A stretch of DNA of 64,000 nucleotides from Escherichia coli (GTDB lineage Bacteria; Pseudomonadota; Gammaproteobacteria; Enterobacterales; Enterobacteriaceae): the NCBI RefSeq assembly GCF_046105845.1, contig NZ_CP151004.1. One strand, written 5' to 3'. The notes beneath the pieces are model-generated. The model searched no databases. It saw only the letters and a program-made list of their open reading frames with translations, and was not told the DNA's origin. The translations under genes and the position numbers were made by a program. Numbering within the stretch: position 1 is the stretch's first letter; each line of letters opens with the position of its first letter. Of this stretch, positions 1 through 9,319 are shown in pieces.

Positions 1-273
1 GGCGACAAACGCTGTAATTACCAGCGCCGGAACAGGGCCAGGCATTTTTTTTGCTGTTTTCACCTGATTTCGTTCAATTGTTTTATGTAAGGATTTTCCC
101 ATCAACGGTAATTTTGTCACTGCACGACCGACATTTCCGGCCTGTTTTCCTAAATGAACTCTTTCGGCTGCACCATATTTTTCGACAACGGTAATGAGAT
201 GTTCACACACCGTTGACTTGCCTGAACCATCGCTACCAATAACGGCAATTAATGGAGGTGTTATTGACTGCAT
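1..273 (-). CDS. yghT: P-loop NTPase (nucleotide-kinase-like), N-terminal part; gene continues beyond window start
   Basis: Minus-strand ATG at 273..271 preceded by AAGGA SD; translation [22 protein letters not shown]... carries a Walker A motif paralogous to the two downstream ORFs; position matches K-12 gene order (recalled). Confidence 0.7.
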   Translation of the reverse strand, partial: MQSITPPLIAVIGSDGSGKSTVCEHLITVVEKYGAAERVHLGKQAGNVGRAVTKLPLMGKSLHKTIERNQVKTAKKMPGPVPALVITAFVA

Positions 274-446
274 GAATATATCCTTTAATTTAAATATCCA
301 TTAAAAATATTTATTTGGTTAATATGTTTTTATGAAAGCGTAATTCAGGTCAATGTCACAATTAACCATTGTCACAATAAGGTTGAACGGATATTCTGAG
401 CACGGACCACGTAATATTCAATACATTATTTGCTGCCGGGTTTTTC

Positions 447-1160
447 GTGAATCAACGTAATATGTCAATAATTAATTCCACGCCAGTGCGTGTTATTGCC
501 ATTGTAGGATGTGATGGTTCAGGTAAATCGACCCTCACGGCAAGCCTGGTAAATGAACTGGCAGCAAGAATGCCAACAGAACACATTTATCTCGGGCAAT
601 CGTCCGGGCGAATTGGCGAATGGATTTCACAGCTCCCTGTTATTGGCGCACCTTTTGGGCGTTATTTGCGAAGTAAAGCGGCACATGTGCACGAAAAGCC
701 CTCAACACCGCCTGGCAATATTACTGCTCTGGTTATCTATCTGCTTTCCTGCTGGCGGGCGTACAAGTTTCGCAAAATGTTGTGTAAAAGCCAGCAAGGC
801 TTTCTGCTCATCACCGACCGCTACCCGCAGGTTGAAGTGCCGGGTTTTCGCTTTGATGGCCCGCAATTGGCAAAAACCACGGGCGGTAACGGTTGGATAA
901 AAATGTTAAGGCAGCGCGAGCTGAAGCTGTACCAATGGATGGCATCTTATTTGCCCGTATTGTTGATTCGTCTTGGCATTGATGAACAAACGGCGTTTGC
1001 GCGTAAACCTGACCACCAACTGGCAGCGTTACAGGAAAAAATCGCCGTTACGCCGCAACTGACATTCAATGGTGCAAAGATCCTTGAACTGGATGGTCGG
1101 CAACCAGCCGATGAAATTCTGCAAGCGTCACTACGCGCAATTCACGCCGCGCTTTCCTGA
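447..1160 (+). CDS. yghS: P-loop NTPase, nucleotide-kinase-like (237 aa)
   Basis: ORF track; Walker A GCDGSGKST near N-terminus, DRYP motif; paralog of neighbours; GTG start at 447 (alternative ATG at 462). Confidence 0.75.
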   Translation: MNQRNMSIINSTPVRVIAIVGCDGSGKSTLTASLVNELAARMPTEHIYLGQSSGRIGEWISQLPVIGAPFGRYLRSKAAHVHEKPSTPPGNITALVIYLLSCWRAYKFRKMLCKSQQGFLLITDRYPQVEVPGFRFDGPQLAKTTGGNGWIKMLRQRELKLYQWMASYLPVLLIRLGIDEQTAFARKPDHQLAALQEKIAVTPQLTFNGAKILELDGRQPADEILQASLRAIHAALS

Positions 1161-1191
1161 TCACCAAAATGGATAGGGGATGATTTAACGA

Positions 1192-1950
1192 ATGGATGCA
1201 CTACAAACACAAACTGTTATTAGTACAACCGCGCCGCAGCCCAGCTACATTCCGGGGCTAATTGCGGTGGTCGGGTGTGATGGCACCGGTAAATCCACAC
1301 TGACCACCGACCTGGTGAAATCGCTGCAACAACACTGGCAAACCGAGCGGCGCTATCTGGGGCTGCTCTCCGGCGAAGACGGCGACAAAATCAAACGATT
1401 GCCGTTGGTTGGCGTCTGGCTGGAACGGCGACTGGCGGCCAAATCCTCGAAAACCCAAAGCATGAAAACCAAATCTCCTGCGCTATGGGCGGCGGTGATT
1501 ATGTACTGCTTCTCGCTGCGAAGAATGGCGAATCTACGCAAGGTTCAGCGACTGGCGCAAAGTGGCGTTCTGGTGGTCAGCGATCGCTTCCCGCAGGCTG
1601 AAATTTCGGGCTTTTATTATGACGGACCGGGGATTGGCGTCGAACGTGCGACCGGGAAAATCAGCATGTTTCTGGCGCAGCGCGAACGGCGTTTATACCA
1701 ACAAATGGCGCAATACCGTCCTGAATTAATCATTCGTTTGGGGATTGATATTGATACTGCCATCTCCCGCAAGCCTGACCATGACTATGCCGAGCTGCAG
1801 GACAAAATCGGTGTTATGTCGACGATTGGCTATAACGGCACAAAAATTCTTGAGATTGATTCCAGAGCGCCCTACAGCGAAGTGCTGGAACAGGCACAGA
1901 AGGCGGTTTCTCTGGTTGCCATCGTTTCTGACCGCCGAAGTTTAACTTAA
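1192..1950 (+). CDS. yghR: P-loop NTPase, nucleotide-kinase-like (252 aa)
   Basis: ORF track; Walker A GCDGTGKST, DRFP motif; paralog of yghS/yghT. Confidence 0.75.
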   Translation: MDALQTQTVISTTAPQPSYIPGLIAVVGCDGTGKSTLTTDLVKSLQQHWQTERRYLGLLSGEDGDKIKRLPLVGVWLERRLAAKSSKTQSMKTKSPALWAAVIMYCFSLRRMANLRKVQRLAQSGVLVVSDRFPQAEISGFYYDGPGIGVERATGKISMFLAQRERRLYQQMAQYRPELIIRLGIDIDTAISRKPDHDYAELQDKIGVMSTIGYNGTKILEIDSRAPYSEVLEQAQKAVSLVAIVSDRRSLT

Positions 1951-1995
1951 GGCTGGCGGGATACTTTTTACTATCAACGATAAGGTCAGGCTGAA

Positions 1996-3345
1996 TTGGC
2001 GGGTTTTAACATCAAACATTGGTTTGCAGATGGCGCGTTTCGCACCATTATTCGCAATAGCGCCTGGTTAGGCTCCAGTAATGTCGTGAGCGCCTTGCTG
2101 GGTCTGTTGGCGCTCTCGTGTGCCGGTAAAGGGATGACGCCCGCCATGTTTGGCGTACTGGTGATTGTGCAATCGTACGCCAAGTCGATCAGCGATTTTA
2201 TTAAGTTTCAGACATGGCAGCTGGTGGTTCAGTACGGAACACCAGCATTAACCAACAATAATCCGCAGCAATTCCGCAATGTCGTCTCATTTTCCTTCTC
2301 GCTGGATATCGTCAGCGGCGCGGTGGCGATTGTCGGCGGCATTGCCTTACTCCCTTTTCTTTCCCATTCATTAGGTCTGGATGACCAAAGCTTTTGGCTG
2401 GCGGCGCTGTATTGCACGCTCATTCCTTCAATGGCTTCCTCCACGCCGACCGGCATTCTGCGTGCGGTAGATCGCTTCGATTTAATTGCTGTACAGCAGG
2501 CGACGAAACCTTTTCTGCGCGCAGCGGGGAGCGTCGTAGCCTGGTATTTTGACTTTGGTTTTGCGGGCTTTGTTATTGCCTGGTACGTGTCGAATCTGGT
2601 TGGCGGCACCATGTACTGGTGGTTTGCCGTGCGCGAATTACGCTGCAGAAATATCCATAACGCCTTCAAATTGAATCTGTTTGAGTCTGCCCGACACATT
2701 AAAGGCGCGTGGAGTTTTGTCTGGTCAACCAACATTGCCCACTCCATCTGGTCGGCACGTAACTCGTGCAGCACAGTGTTGGTGGGGATCGTGTTAGGAC
2801 CCGCTGCCGCCGGGTTATTTAAAATCGCCATGACATTCTTCGACGCCGCCGGAACGCCAGCGGGTTTACTGGGTAAAAGTTTTTACCCAGAGGTGATGCG
2901 TTTAGATCCGCGCACCACCAGACCGTGGTTGTTAGGCGTGAAGTCAGGTTTACTGGCGGGCGGAATCGGTATTCTGGTGGCGCTCGCGGTGTTGATCGTC
3001 GGCAAGCCGCTCATTTCGCTGGTGTTTGGCGTTAAGTATCTCGAAGCGTATGACCTGATTCAGGTGATGCTGGGCGCAATTGTGATTTCGATGCTGGGCT
3101 TCCCACAGGAGTCATTGCTATTGATGGCGGGAAAACAGCGTGCTTTTCTCGTGGCGCAAACCATCGCCTCAATCGGCTACATCGTATTGCTGTTCATGTT
3201 CTGTCATCTGTTTGGCGTGCTGGGGGCTGCATTTGCTTACTTCGCTGGGCAATGTCTGGATGTGGTGCTCTCGCTAATTCCAACCTTAAAGGCATTTTTT
3301 CAGCGCCATTCCTTGCTTTATAACGCAGCCGGAGAGAAATCCTGA
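1996..3345 (+). CDS. yghQ: Polytopic membrane protein, Wzx/MOP-type polysaccharide or lipid flippase-like (start uncertain, TTG at 1996)
   Basis: 449-aa ORF, highly hydrophobic with multiple predicted TM segments; position after yghR as in K-12 (recalled). Confidence 0.65.
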   Translation: MAGFNIKHWFADGAFRTIIRNSAWLGSSNVVSALLGLLALSCAGKGMTPAMFGVLVIVQSYAKSISDFIKFQTWQLVVQYGTPALTNNNPQQFRNVVSFSFSLDIVSGAVAIVGGIALLPFLSHSLGLDDQSFWLAALYCTLIPSMASSTPTGILRAVDRFDLIAVQQATKPFLRAAGSVVAWYFDFGFAGFVIAWYVSNLVGGTMYWWFAVRELRCRNIHNAFKLNLFESARHIKGAWSFVWSTNIAHSIWSARNSCSTVLVGIVLGPAAAGLFKIAMTFFDAAGTPAGLLGKSFYPEVMRLDPRTTRPWLLGVKSGLLAGGIGILVALAVLIVGKPLISLVFGVKYLEAYDLIQVMLGAIVISMLGFPQESLLLMAGKQRAFLVAQTIASIGYIVLLFMFCHLFGVLGAAFAYFAGQCLDVVLSLIPTLKAFFQRHSLLYNAAGEKS

Positions 3346-4169
3346 TGATGAGAAAATATTTCCCGCTTGAGGCTAGCGAGCGTCTATTTGTTGCGATTGA
3401 AGAAGATGATGTCGTTGATGCACAGGTCAGTTTGCCGCCGACTATCGCACTAAGTTGTACCACCGAAATCATCCATGATAATTACGCGTTATGCCTGAAA
3501 TTCTGGCTGGATGGTGTTAATCGTCAGGAGCTACTGCGTTTAATCCGCAAACAGGCGAAAGGCGATGAGCTGACGACAGACGAGCGCAAAAAGTATAAAT
3601 ACATGCGAGCGCGCTACAAGCACCTGCGTTTTGCGCAACGGCTGTATTTAAAGAAGCATCAGGCCGGATTTTTATTCGGCAAAACGACCGTTTTTTTGGG
3701 GCGTTTTCAGGACGGCTTTCGTAACGGTAAGAAAAATATTGTGTCGTATTACGGCAACCTGTTACGGGTTTATTTAAGCTCTTCGGTCTGGTCGTTGGTG
3801 AACTATTCATTACGCCATAGCCAGTTAGAAAGCGTAAGCGGTTTTATTGCCTATCGGCAAAAGCAAATGCATACCCTGAAAGAGATAATTGCCAAACCGC
3901 GACTAACTGGCAGGGAATTTCATGATGTGCGAAAAATCATCAGCCAGCAGGTTTCTTATTACGACACCCTAAGATCGCTTGATCCTGAAAATAAAGAGGC
4001 GTTACAGATTTCCCGCTTCCTCGCCGCCATTAATGGCCTGATGGGGGATAAACACGACGACATGGTGGCGGATGATATGGAAAACCGCCAGTCGTATGAT
4101 GCACCGGTGGCGCTGGATAGCGATATTCGCCAGCGCTTAGAGCTGCTGATTTCGCGTTTTCCGCTATAA
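3345..4169 (+). CDS. Hypothetical soluble protein (274 aa), basic, no recognisable motif
   Basis: ORF track; ATG overlaps yghQ stop (TGATG) suggesting translational coupling. Confidence 0.6.
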   Translation: MMRKYFPLEASERLFVAIEEDDVVDAQVSLPPTIALSCTTEIIHDNYALCLKFWLDGVNRQELLRLIRKQAKGDELTTDERKKYKYMRARYKHLRFAQRLYLKKHQAGFLFGKTTVFLGRFQDGFRNGKKNIVSYYGNLLRVYLSSSVWSLVNYSLRHSQLESVSGFIAYRQKQMHTLKEIIAKPRLTGREFHDVRKIISQQVSYYDTLRSLDPENKEALQISRFLAAINGLMGDKHDDMVADDMENRQSYDAPVALDSDIRQRLELLISRFPL

Positions 4170-4177
4170 CCGGAGCA

Positions 4178-4741
4178 ATGATGTCATCTCGTTTGATTAT
4201 TGCGCTGATTATCATGCTCTTAGCCCCGGGTGTGCAGGCACACAATTTCGTCACTGGCAAAACGGTTACCCCCGTTTATATCCAGGAAGGCGGTGAGTTG
4301 CTTCTGAATAGCGACGACGAAATTCACTACCAAAAGTGGAACAGCACACAGCTGGCGGGAAAAGTCCGCATTATTCAGTATATCGCCGGGCGTAAGTCGG
4401 CGAAGAAAAAGAACTCACTGTTAATTAAAGCGGTTGAAGCGGCAAACTTTCCGCAGGATCGTTTTCAGCCCACCACCATTGTGAACACCGATGATGCCAT
4501 CTTTGGTACTGGCTATTTTGTCGTTGGCAAAATCGAAAAAAATAAACGCCGCTATCCGTGGGCGCAATTCGTTATTGACGGCAATGGACTGGGACGCGTT
4601 GCCTGGCGGTTGCCGGAGCAGAGTTCAACCATTCTGGTGCTGAATAAAGACGGGCAAATTCAGTGGGCAAAGGACGGCAGCCTGACGCCGGAAGAGGTAG
4701 ATCATGTCATTGCGCTGGCGCAGAAACTGATCAATGAATAA
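4178..4741 (+). CDS. Secreted/periplasmic protein, YtfJ-like (187 aa)
   Basis: N-terminal signal peptide MMSSRLIIALIIMLLAPGVQA; overall similarity to the YtfJ periplasmic family as I recall it. Confidence 0.6.
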   Translation: MMSSRLIIALIIMLLAPGVQAHNFVTGKTVTPVYIQEGGELLLNSDDEIHYQKWNSTQLAGKVRIIQYIAGRKSAKKKNSLLIKAVEAANFPQDRFQPTTIVNTDDAIFGTGYFVVGKIEKNKRRYPWAQFVIDGNGLGRVAWRLPEQSSTILVLNKDGQIQWAKDGSLTPEEVDHVIALAQKLINE

Positions 4742-4771
4742 AAAATTCAAAGGATTGAGGGCGTTAGTGAG

Positions 4772-5842
4772 ATGAAGCTGGTTGAACACTACATCATGCG
4801 TGGTACGCGCCGTCTGGTGTTGATTATCGTCGGTTTTCTGATCTTTATTTTCGCCAGCTACTCCGCACAGCGTTATCTGGCCGAAGCGGCAAATGGGACA
4901 TTAGCTCTTGATGTTGTGCTGGATATCGTTTTCTACAAAGTGCTGATTGCACTGGAGATGCTGTTACCTGTTGGACTATATGCTTCAGTTGGCGTGACGC
5001 TAGGGCAAATGTATACCGACTCGGAAATTACCGCTATCTCCGCGGCGGGGGGCAGTCCGGGACGCTTGTACAAAGCCGTTCTTTATCTGGCGATACCGCT
5101 AAGTATTTTTGTCACCCTTCTGTCGATGTATGGTCGTCCGTGGGCTTATGCGCAGATTTATCAATTGGAGCAACAGTCACAGTCGGAGCTGGATGTTCGC
5201 CAGTTGCGGGCAAAGAAATTTAACACTAACGATAACGGACGAATGATCCTTTCGCAGACGGTTGATCAGGATAATAATCGCCTGACTGACGCGCTGATTT
5301 ATACTTCTACTGCCAATCGAACCCGCATTTTCCGCGCCCGTTCGGTTGATGTGGTTGACCCATCACCTGAGAAACCGACTGTTATGTTGCACAACGGCAC
5401 TGCCTATCTTCTCGATCATCAGGGGCGTGACGACAACGAACAGATCTACCGTAATCTGCAATTACATCTGAATCCGCTGGATCAAAGCCCTAACGTCAAA
5501 CGCAAAGCGAAATCGGTCACGGAGCTGGCGCGCTCCGTCTTTCCAGCCGATCATGCCGAACTGCAATGGCGACAAAGCCGTGGCCTGACAGCATTGTTGA
5601 TGGCGCTGCTGGCCATTTCATTAAGTCGGGTAAAACCGCGGCAAGGGCGATTTTCAACATTATTGCCACTGACGTTGCTGTTTATTGCCATTTTTTATGG
5701 CGGCGACGTCTGCCGTACGCTGGTGGCTAACGGCGCGATTCCCCTCATTCCTGGTTTGTGGTTAGTACCCGGACTCATGCTAATGGGCCTGCTGATGCTG
5801 GTCGCACGCGACTTCTCTTTGCTGCAGAAATTTTCCCGATGA
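4772..5842 (+). CDS. LptF-like permease (YjgP/YjgQ family) paralog
   Basis: 356-aa membrane protein; N-terminal TM block, central periplasmic domain, C-terminal TM block; conserved SEITAI motif as in LptF/LptG. Confidence 0.7.
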   Translation: MKLVEHYIMRGTRRLVLIIVGFLIFIFASYSAQRYLAEAANGTLALDVVLDIVFYKVLIALEMLLPVGLYASVGVTLGQMYTDSEITAISAAGGSPGRLYKAVLYLAIPLSIFVTLLSMYGRPWAYAQIYQLEQQSQSELDVRQLRAKKFNTNDNGRMILSQTVDQDNNRLTDALIYTSTANRTRIFRARSVDVVDPSPEKPTVMLHNGTAYLLDHQGRDDNEQIYRNLQLHLNPLDQSPNVKRKAKSVTELARSVFPADHAELQWRQSRGLTALLMALLAISLSRVKPRQGRFSTLLPLTLLFIAIFYGGDVCRTLVANGAIPLIPGLWLVPGLMLMGLLMLVARDFSLLQKFSR

Positions 5843-6918
5843 ATGTTTTCAGTCGCTATTTAATCCGTCATCTCTTTCTCGGTTTTGCCGCCGCCGCAGG
5901 ATTATTGCTGCCGCTTTTTACCACCTTCAACCTGATTAACGAACTGGATGATGTCAGCCCGGGCGGTTATCGCTGGACTCAGGCGGTGCTGGTGGTGCTG
6001 ATGACCTTACCGCGCACACTGGTCGAACTTTCGCCGTTTATCGCATTATTGGGAGGGATTGTTGGCCTGGGGCAGTTATCGAAAAACAGTGAGCTTACCG
6101 CTATTCGCAGCACTGGGTTTTCTATCTTCCGTATTGCACTGGTGGCGCTGGTTGCCGGGATATTGTGGACTGTTTCGTTAGGCGCGATAGATGAGTGGGT
6201 GGCGTCGCCATTGCAGCAACAGGCGCTGCAAATCAAATCGACTGCCACCGCGTTGGGGGAGGACGATGACATTACCGGCAATATGCTTTGGGCCAGGCGC
6301 GGTAATGAATTTGTGACGGTGAAATCGCTGAACGAGCAGGGCCAGCCTGTGGGCGTGGAGATATTTCATTATCGCGACGATCTCTCGCTCGAATCCTACA
6401 TTTTTGCACGCAGTGCCACCATTGAAGACGACAAAACGTGGATCCTGCATGGTGTGAATCATAAAAAATGGTTGAATGGCAAAGAAACGCTGGAAACATC
6501 AGATAATCTTGCCTGGCAATCGGCCTTCACCAGTATGGATCTTGAAGAGTTATCGATGCCGGGGAATACTTTTTCTGTCCGTCAGCTTAATCATTACATC
6601 CATTATTTGCAGGAAACCGGGCAACCCAGCAGCGATTACCGCCTTGCACTGTGGGAAAAACTGGGGCAACCCATCTTAACTCTGGCGATGATTTTGCTGG
6701 CTGTGCCGTTTACCTTTAGTGCCCCGCGTTCGCCTGGGATGGGTAGCCGTCTCGCTGTAGGCGTCATCGTGGGCTTACTCACCTGGATCAGCTATCAAAT
6801 CATGGTCAATCTGGGATTGCTATTTGCGTTGAGCGCACCTGTTACCGCGCTCGGTTTACCGATAGCGTTTGTGCTGGTGGCGTTGAGCCTGGTGTATTGG
6901 TATGACAGTCAACATTAA
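5839..6918 (+). CDS. LptG-like permease (YjgP/YjgQ family) paralog
   Basis: ATG at 5839 overlaps upstream stop (ATGA); MNVFSRYLIRH... with SELTAI motif; same topology as LptG. Confidence 0.7.
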   Translation: MNVFSRYLIRHLFLGFAAAAGLLLPLFTTFNLINELDDVSPGGYRWTQAVLVVLMTLPRTLVELSPFIALLGGIVGLGQLSKNSELTAIRSTGFSIFRIALVALVAGILWTVSLGAIDEWVASPLQQQALQIKSTATALGEDDDITGNMLWARRGNEFVTVKSLNEQGQPVGVEIFHYRDDLSLESYIFARSATIEDDKTWILHGVNHKKWLNGKETLETSDNLAWQSAFTSMDLEELSMPGNTFSVRQLNHYIHYLQETGQPSSDYRLALWEKLGQPILTLAMILLAVPFTFSAPRSPGMGSRLAVGVIVGLLTWISYQIMVNLGLLFALSAPVTALGLPIAFVLVALSLVYWYDSQH

Positions 6919-6952
6919 ACCCGCCGTGGCGCAGCACCACAGCGGGCTCACA

Positions 6953-8125
6953 TTACTGCTTCAGAGTAGCAAATGCCTGAATGATGGCATCGATTTGCTC
7001 ACGACTGTGGGCAGCGTTTACGCTACAGCGCAGCAGCGTGATGCCTGCAGGCGCGGCAGGTGGCAGGATAAGATTCACATAAACGCCCAGCGAAATAAGC
7101 TCGCGCCAGATGCGTAAACCTTCCTCTTTCGAACCGATTATTACTGGCACTACCGGGCTAATATGTGAACTTAACTCGTAACCCAGTTTTTGCAGACCGT
7201 CATACAGATGGTTGGCGTTATCCATCAGCTTTTGCCGCAGCTCTGGTTGTGAGGCAATGGTTCTTAACGACGAGCGCACGGTCGCAATGCAGGACGGAGA
7301 AGGAGAGGCGGTAAAAATATACGGGCGGCTGCCGTAGCGCAGCACTTCCATCGCTTCCGAACCGACAGCAAAACCGCCAATCGAGGCCAGACTTTTACTG
7401 AAAGTACCAACGATAATATCCACATCATCTTCAACGCCAACGGCTTCAGCCAGTCCGCGCCCCATTGCGCCTAACACGCCAAACGAATGCGCTTCATCGA
7501 CAATCAAATAACCACCGAGACGACGTTTGATATCAACAATTTCCGCTAACGGCGCAACGTCACCGAGCATGCTGTAGATACCCTCAACGATGATAATCGC
7601 CTCTTTCGCCCGTTCACCGAGGCGAACCATGCGCCGTTCCAGATCTTTAGCATCGTTATGGCGGAAACGAATAATTTCCGCGCCACCGAGAGAACAGGCG
7701 TCATAAATACTGGCGTGGCTGTCGGCATCCAGTAACACCACGGCGTTATGGTCGGCAAGTGCGCTGATGACGCCTAAATTAGCGGTATAACCGGTTGAAA
7801 AAACGATAGCGGTAGGGCGATTAAAAAACTCGGCGATCTCTTTCTCTAACGCCAGATGCGGCGCATAACTGCCGTTTGCCATACGAGAACCGGTGGTGCC
7901 GGTGCCTTGGGCCGCTAACGCTGCCTGACCTTCGGCGATGGCATCATGATTGAAGGTTAATCCGAGATAATTATTGGTCCCGGCCAGAATCACTTTTTTA
8001 TTGCCGATCCGACCTTCGGTGGCGGAATACACTTCATCAATACAGGTACCAAACGGCGTTAACCCGTTGTCACTAAATTGCAGTCGCTCGCCAGCAAGGC
8101 GCGCATATTTATCGTATAGCCCCAT
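6953..8125 (-). CDS. PLP-dependent alpha-oxoamine synthase (serine palmitoyltransferase / BioF / Kbl family), 390 aa
   Basis: Motifs NNYLGL, GTFSKSL (PLP-lysine), DEAHSFG; start ATG overlaps upstream ACP stop (TAATG). Confidence 0.8.
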   Translation of the reverse strand: MGLYDKYARLAGERLQFSDNGLTPFGTCIDEVYSATEGRIGNKKVILAGTNNYLGLTFNHDAIAEGQAALAAQGTGTTGSRMANGSYAPHLALEKEIAEFFNRPTAIVFSTGYTANLGVISALADHNAVVLLDADSHASIYDACSLGGAEIIRFRHNDAKDLERRMVRLGERAKEAIIIVEGIYSMLGDVAPLAEIVDIKRRLGGYLIVDEAHSFGVLGAMGRGLAEAVGVEDDVDIIVGTFSKSLASIGGFAVGSEAMEVLRYGSRPYIFTASPSPSCIATVRSSLRTIASQPELRQKLMDNANHLYDGLQKLGYELSSHISPVVPVIIGSKEEGLRIWRELISLGVYVNLILPPAAPAGITLLRCSVNAAHSREQIDAIIQAFATLKQ

Positions 8126-8373
8126 TATTTATTCTCCAGCCATGGAAGTAGTGTTTCCATTAATTGCGCAGGGGTTTTGACATCCAGCAGAATATTAATA
8201 GGAATGGAAATATCGAATCTGTCTTCCAGCATCATTAAGAGATCCATCACTTTGATCGACTCCAGGCCAAGATCGTTGACGAGATCGCTGTCGGGCTTAA
8301 TTTCCACACCGTTTTCGACCAAATCCTGTAAACAGGAAAGGATGTAATCCATTACTATTTCACGATTTACCAT
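8125..8373 (-). CDS. Acyl carrier protein (82 aa)
   Basis: DLGLESIKVMDL phosphopantetheine-attachment motif; small acidic protein. Confidence 0.8.
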   Translation of the reverse strand: MVNREIVMDYILSCLQDLVENGVEIKPDSDLVNDLGLESIKVMDLLMMLEDRFDISIPINILLDVKTPAQLMETLLPWLENK

Positions 8374-8404
8374 AGAAACGTTAACACACCTTTAAACAAG
8401 ACAA

Positions 8405-9319
8405 TCAAAATAGCCCGTTGCGTAATGCGTGTTCCAGGCTAATCCCGGGAAACCAATTAATATCTTCAGAAATACGGTTATTACTTGCCGACCAGTCGGC
8501 ATGAGTTAATTCACGGATTTTCGAACGAGTCAGCATCGGTTCTTTACCCGCCAGACGGCTCAACGCGGTACTGATATCCGCAAGGCAGGTGAGTAGCGAC
8601 AGAGGAATACCGACCATCCGCACGGAACCACAACGGGCGTCGGCGGCAAGCTGTCTTACGCGTTGCCAGTCATAGCCGCCGGCGACGCCATCGCATAATT
8701 CATAGGTTTGCGTCTGTACAGTTTCGGCGCTTAACCACTGCCCCACGGCTTGCGCGAAATCGGTGACGTGCAGGAAAGAGAGCTGTGTCTCTGGCGCACC
8801 AAGTCGTGGCAGCAGGCCGCGCAGCATCCAGTCAAACAGCGGTTTTAACTCTTTATCGCCGGGACCATACACGGCTGTCGGGCGAAAAACGCCCAGCGTA
8901 ATTTCATCAGCCATTGCAGTCAGCCGTTGTTCGGCGACGTGTTTGGAATTTGCGTACCAGGAGAGTTCGGGATGGCGCGCCGCCAGCGAAGAGATAAACA
9001 GAAAACGTTGGCAAAAGCCGCTCTCTTTTGCCGCTTGCATCAGTCGCAGGCTGCCGTCAACGTTACAGCGGGTAAAAATCTCTTCTTTGTGCCCGCGCAC
9101 TTGCCCGGCGCAATGGACCACCGCGCTGGCTCCGGCAACCAGTTCGCTAAGTGAATGAGTATCTTCCAGAGAACCGCGCACCCAGATGAGATTGTCATTG
9201 ACGTGAGCGCGGGCAGTACGCGTCAATGTGCGAACGTGAAAGCCGCGGGCGAGCAGGTTATCGATAATATATTTACCGATAAACCCGGTAGCGCCCGTCA
9301 CCGCGACAGTTTGATTCAT
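8405..9319 (-). CDS. NAD(P)-dependent epimerase/dehydratase-family reductase (SDR fold), ~304 aa
   Basis: Rossmann motif VAVTGATGFIGKYII just after ATG at 9319; ATG overlaps upstream stop (ATGA); longer ORF-track start at 9529 rejected. Confidence 0.7.
   Translation of the reverse strand: MNQTVAVTGATGFIGKYIIDNLLARGFHVRTLTRTARAHVNDNLIWVRGSLEDTHSLSELVAGASAVVHCAGQVRGHKEEIFTRCNVDGSLRLMQAAKESGFCQRFLFISSLAARHPELSWYANSKHVAEQRLTAMADEITLGVFRPTAVYGPGDKELKPLFDWMLRGLLPRLGAPETQLSFLHVTDFAQAVGQWLSAETVQTQTYELCDGVAGGYDWQRVRQLAADARCGSVRMVGIPLSLLTCLADISTALSRLAGKEPMLTRSKIRELTHADWSASNNRISEDINWFPGISLEHALRNGLF

Noticed and set aside
45-52. T8/A8 homopolymer inside the yghT coding region as a phase-variation switch
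   Set aside because: It encodes Lys-Lys in frame in an intact ORF; no evidence of variation, and such short A-runs are common.
553-900. 115-aa ORF in an alternative frame inside yghS
   Set aside because: Fully embedded in a better-supported ORF with a clear Walker A motif; no motif or SD of its own.
6919-6952. Possible bidirectional terminator between the LptG paralog and the AOS gene
   Set aside because: Only a short 5-bp stem with a ~17-nt loop and no clear U-tract; too weak to call.
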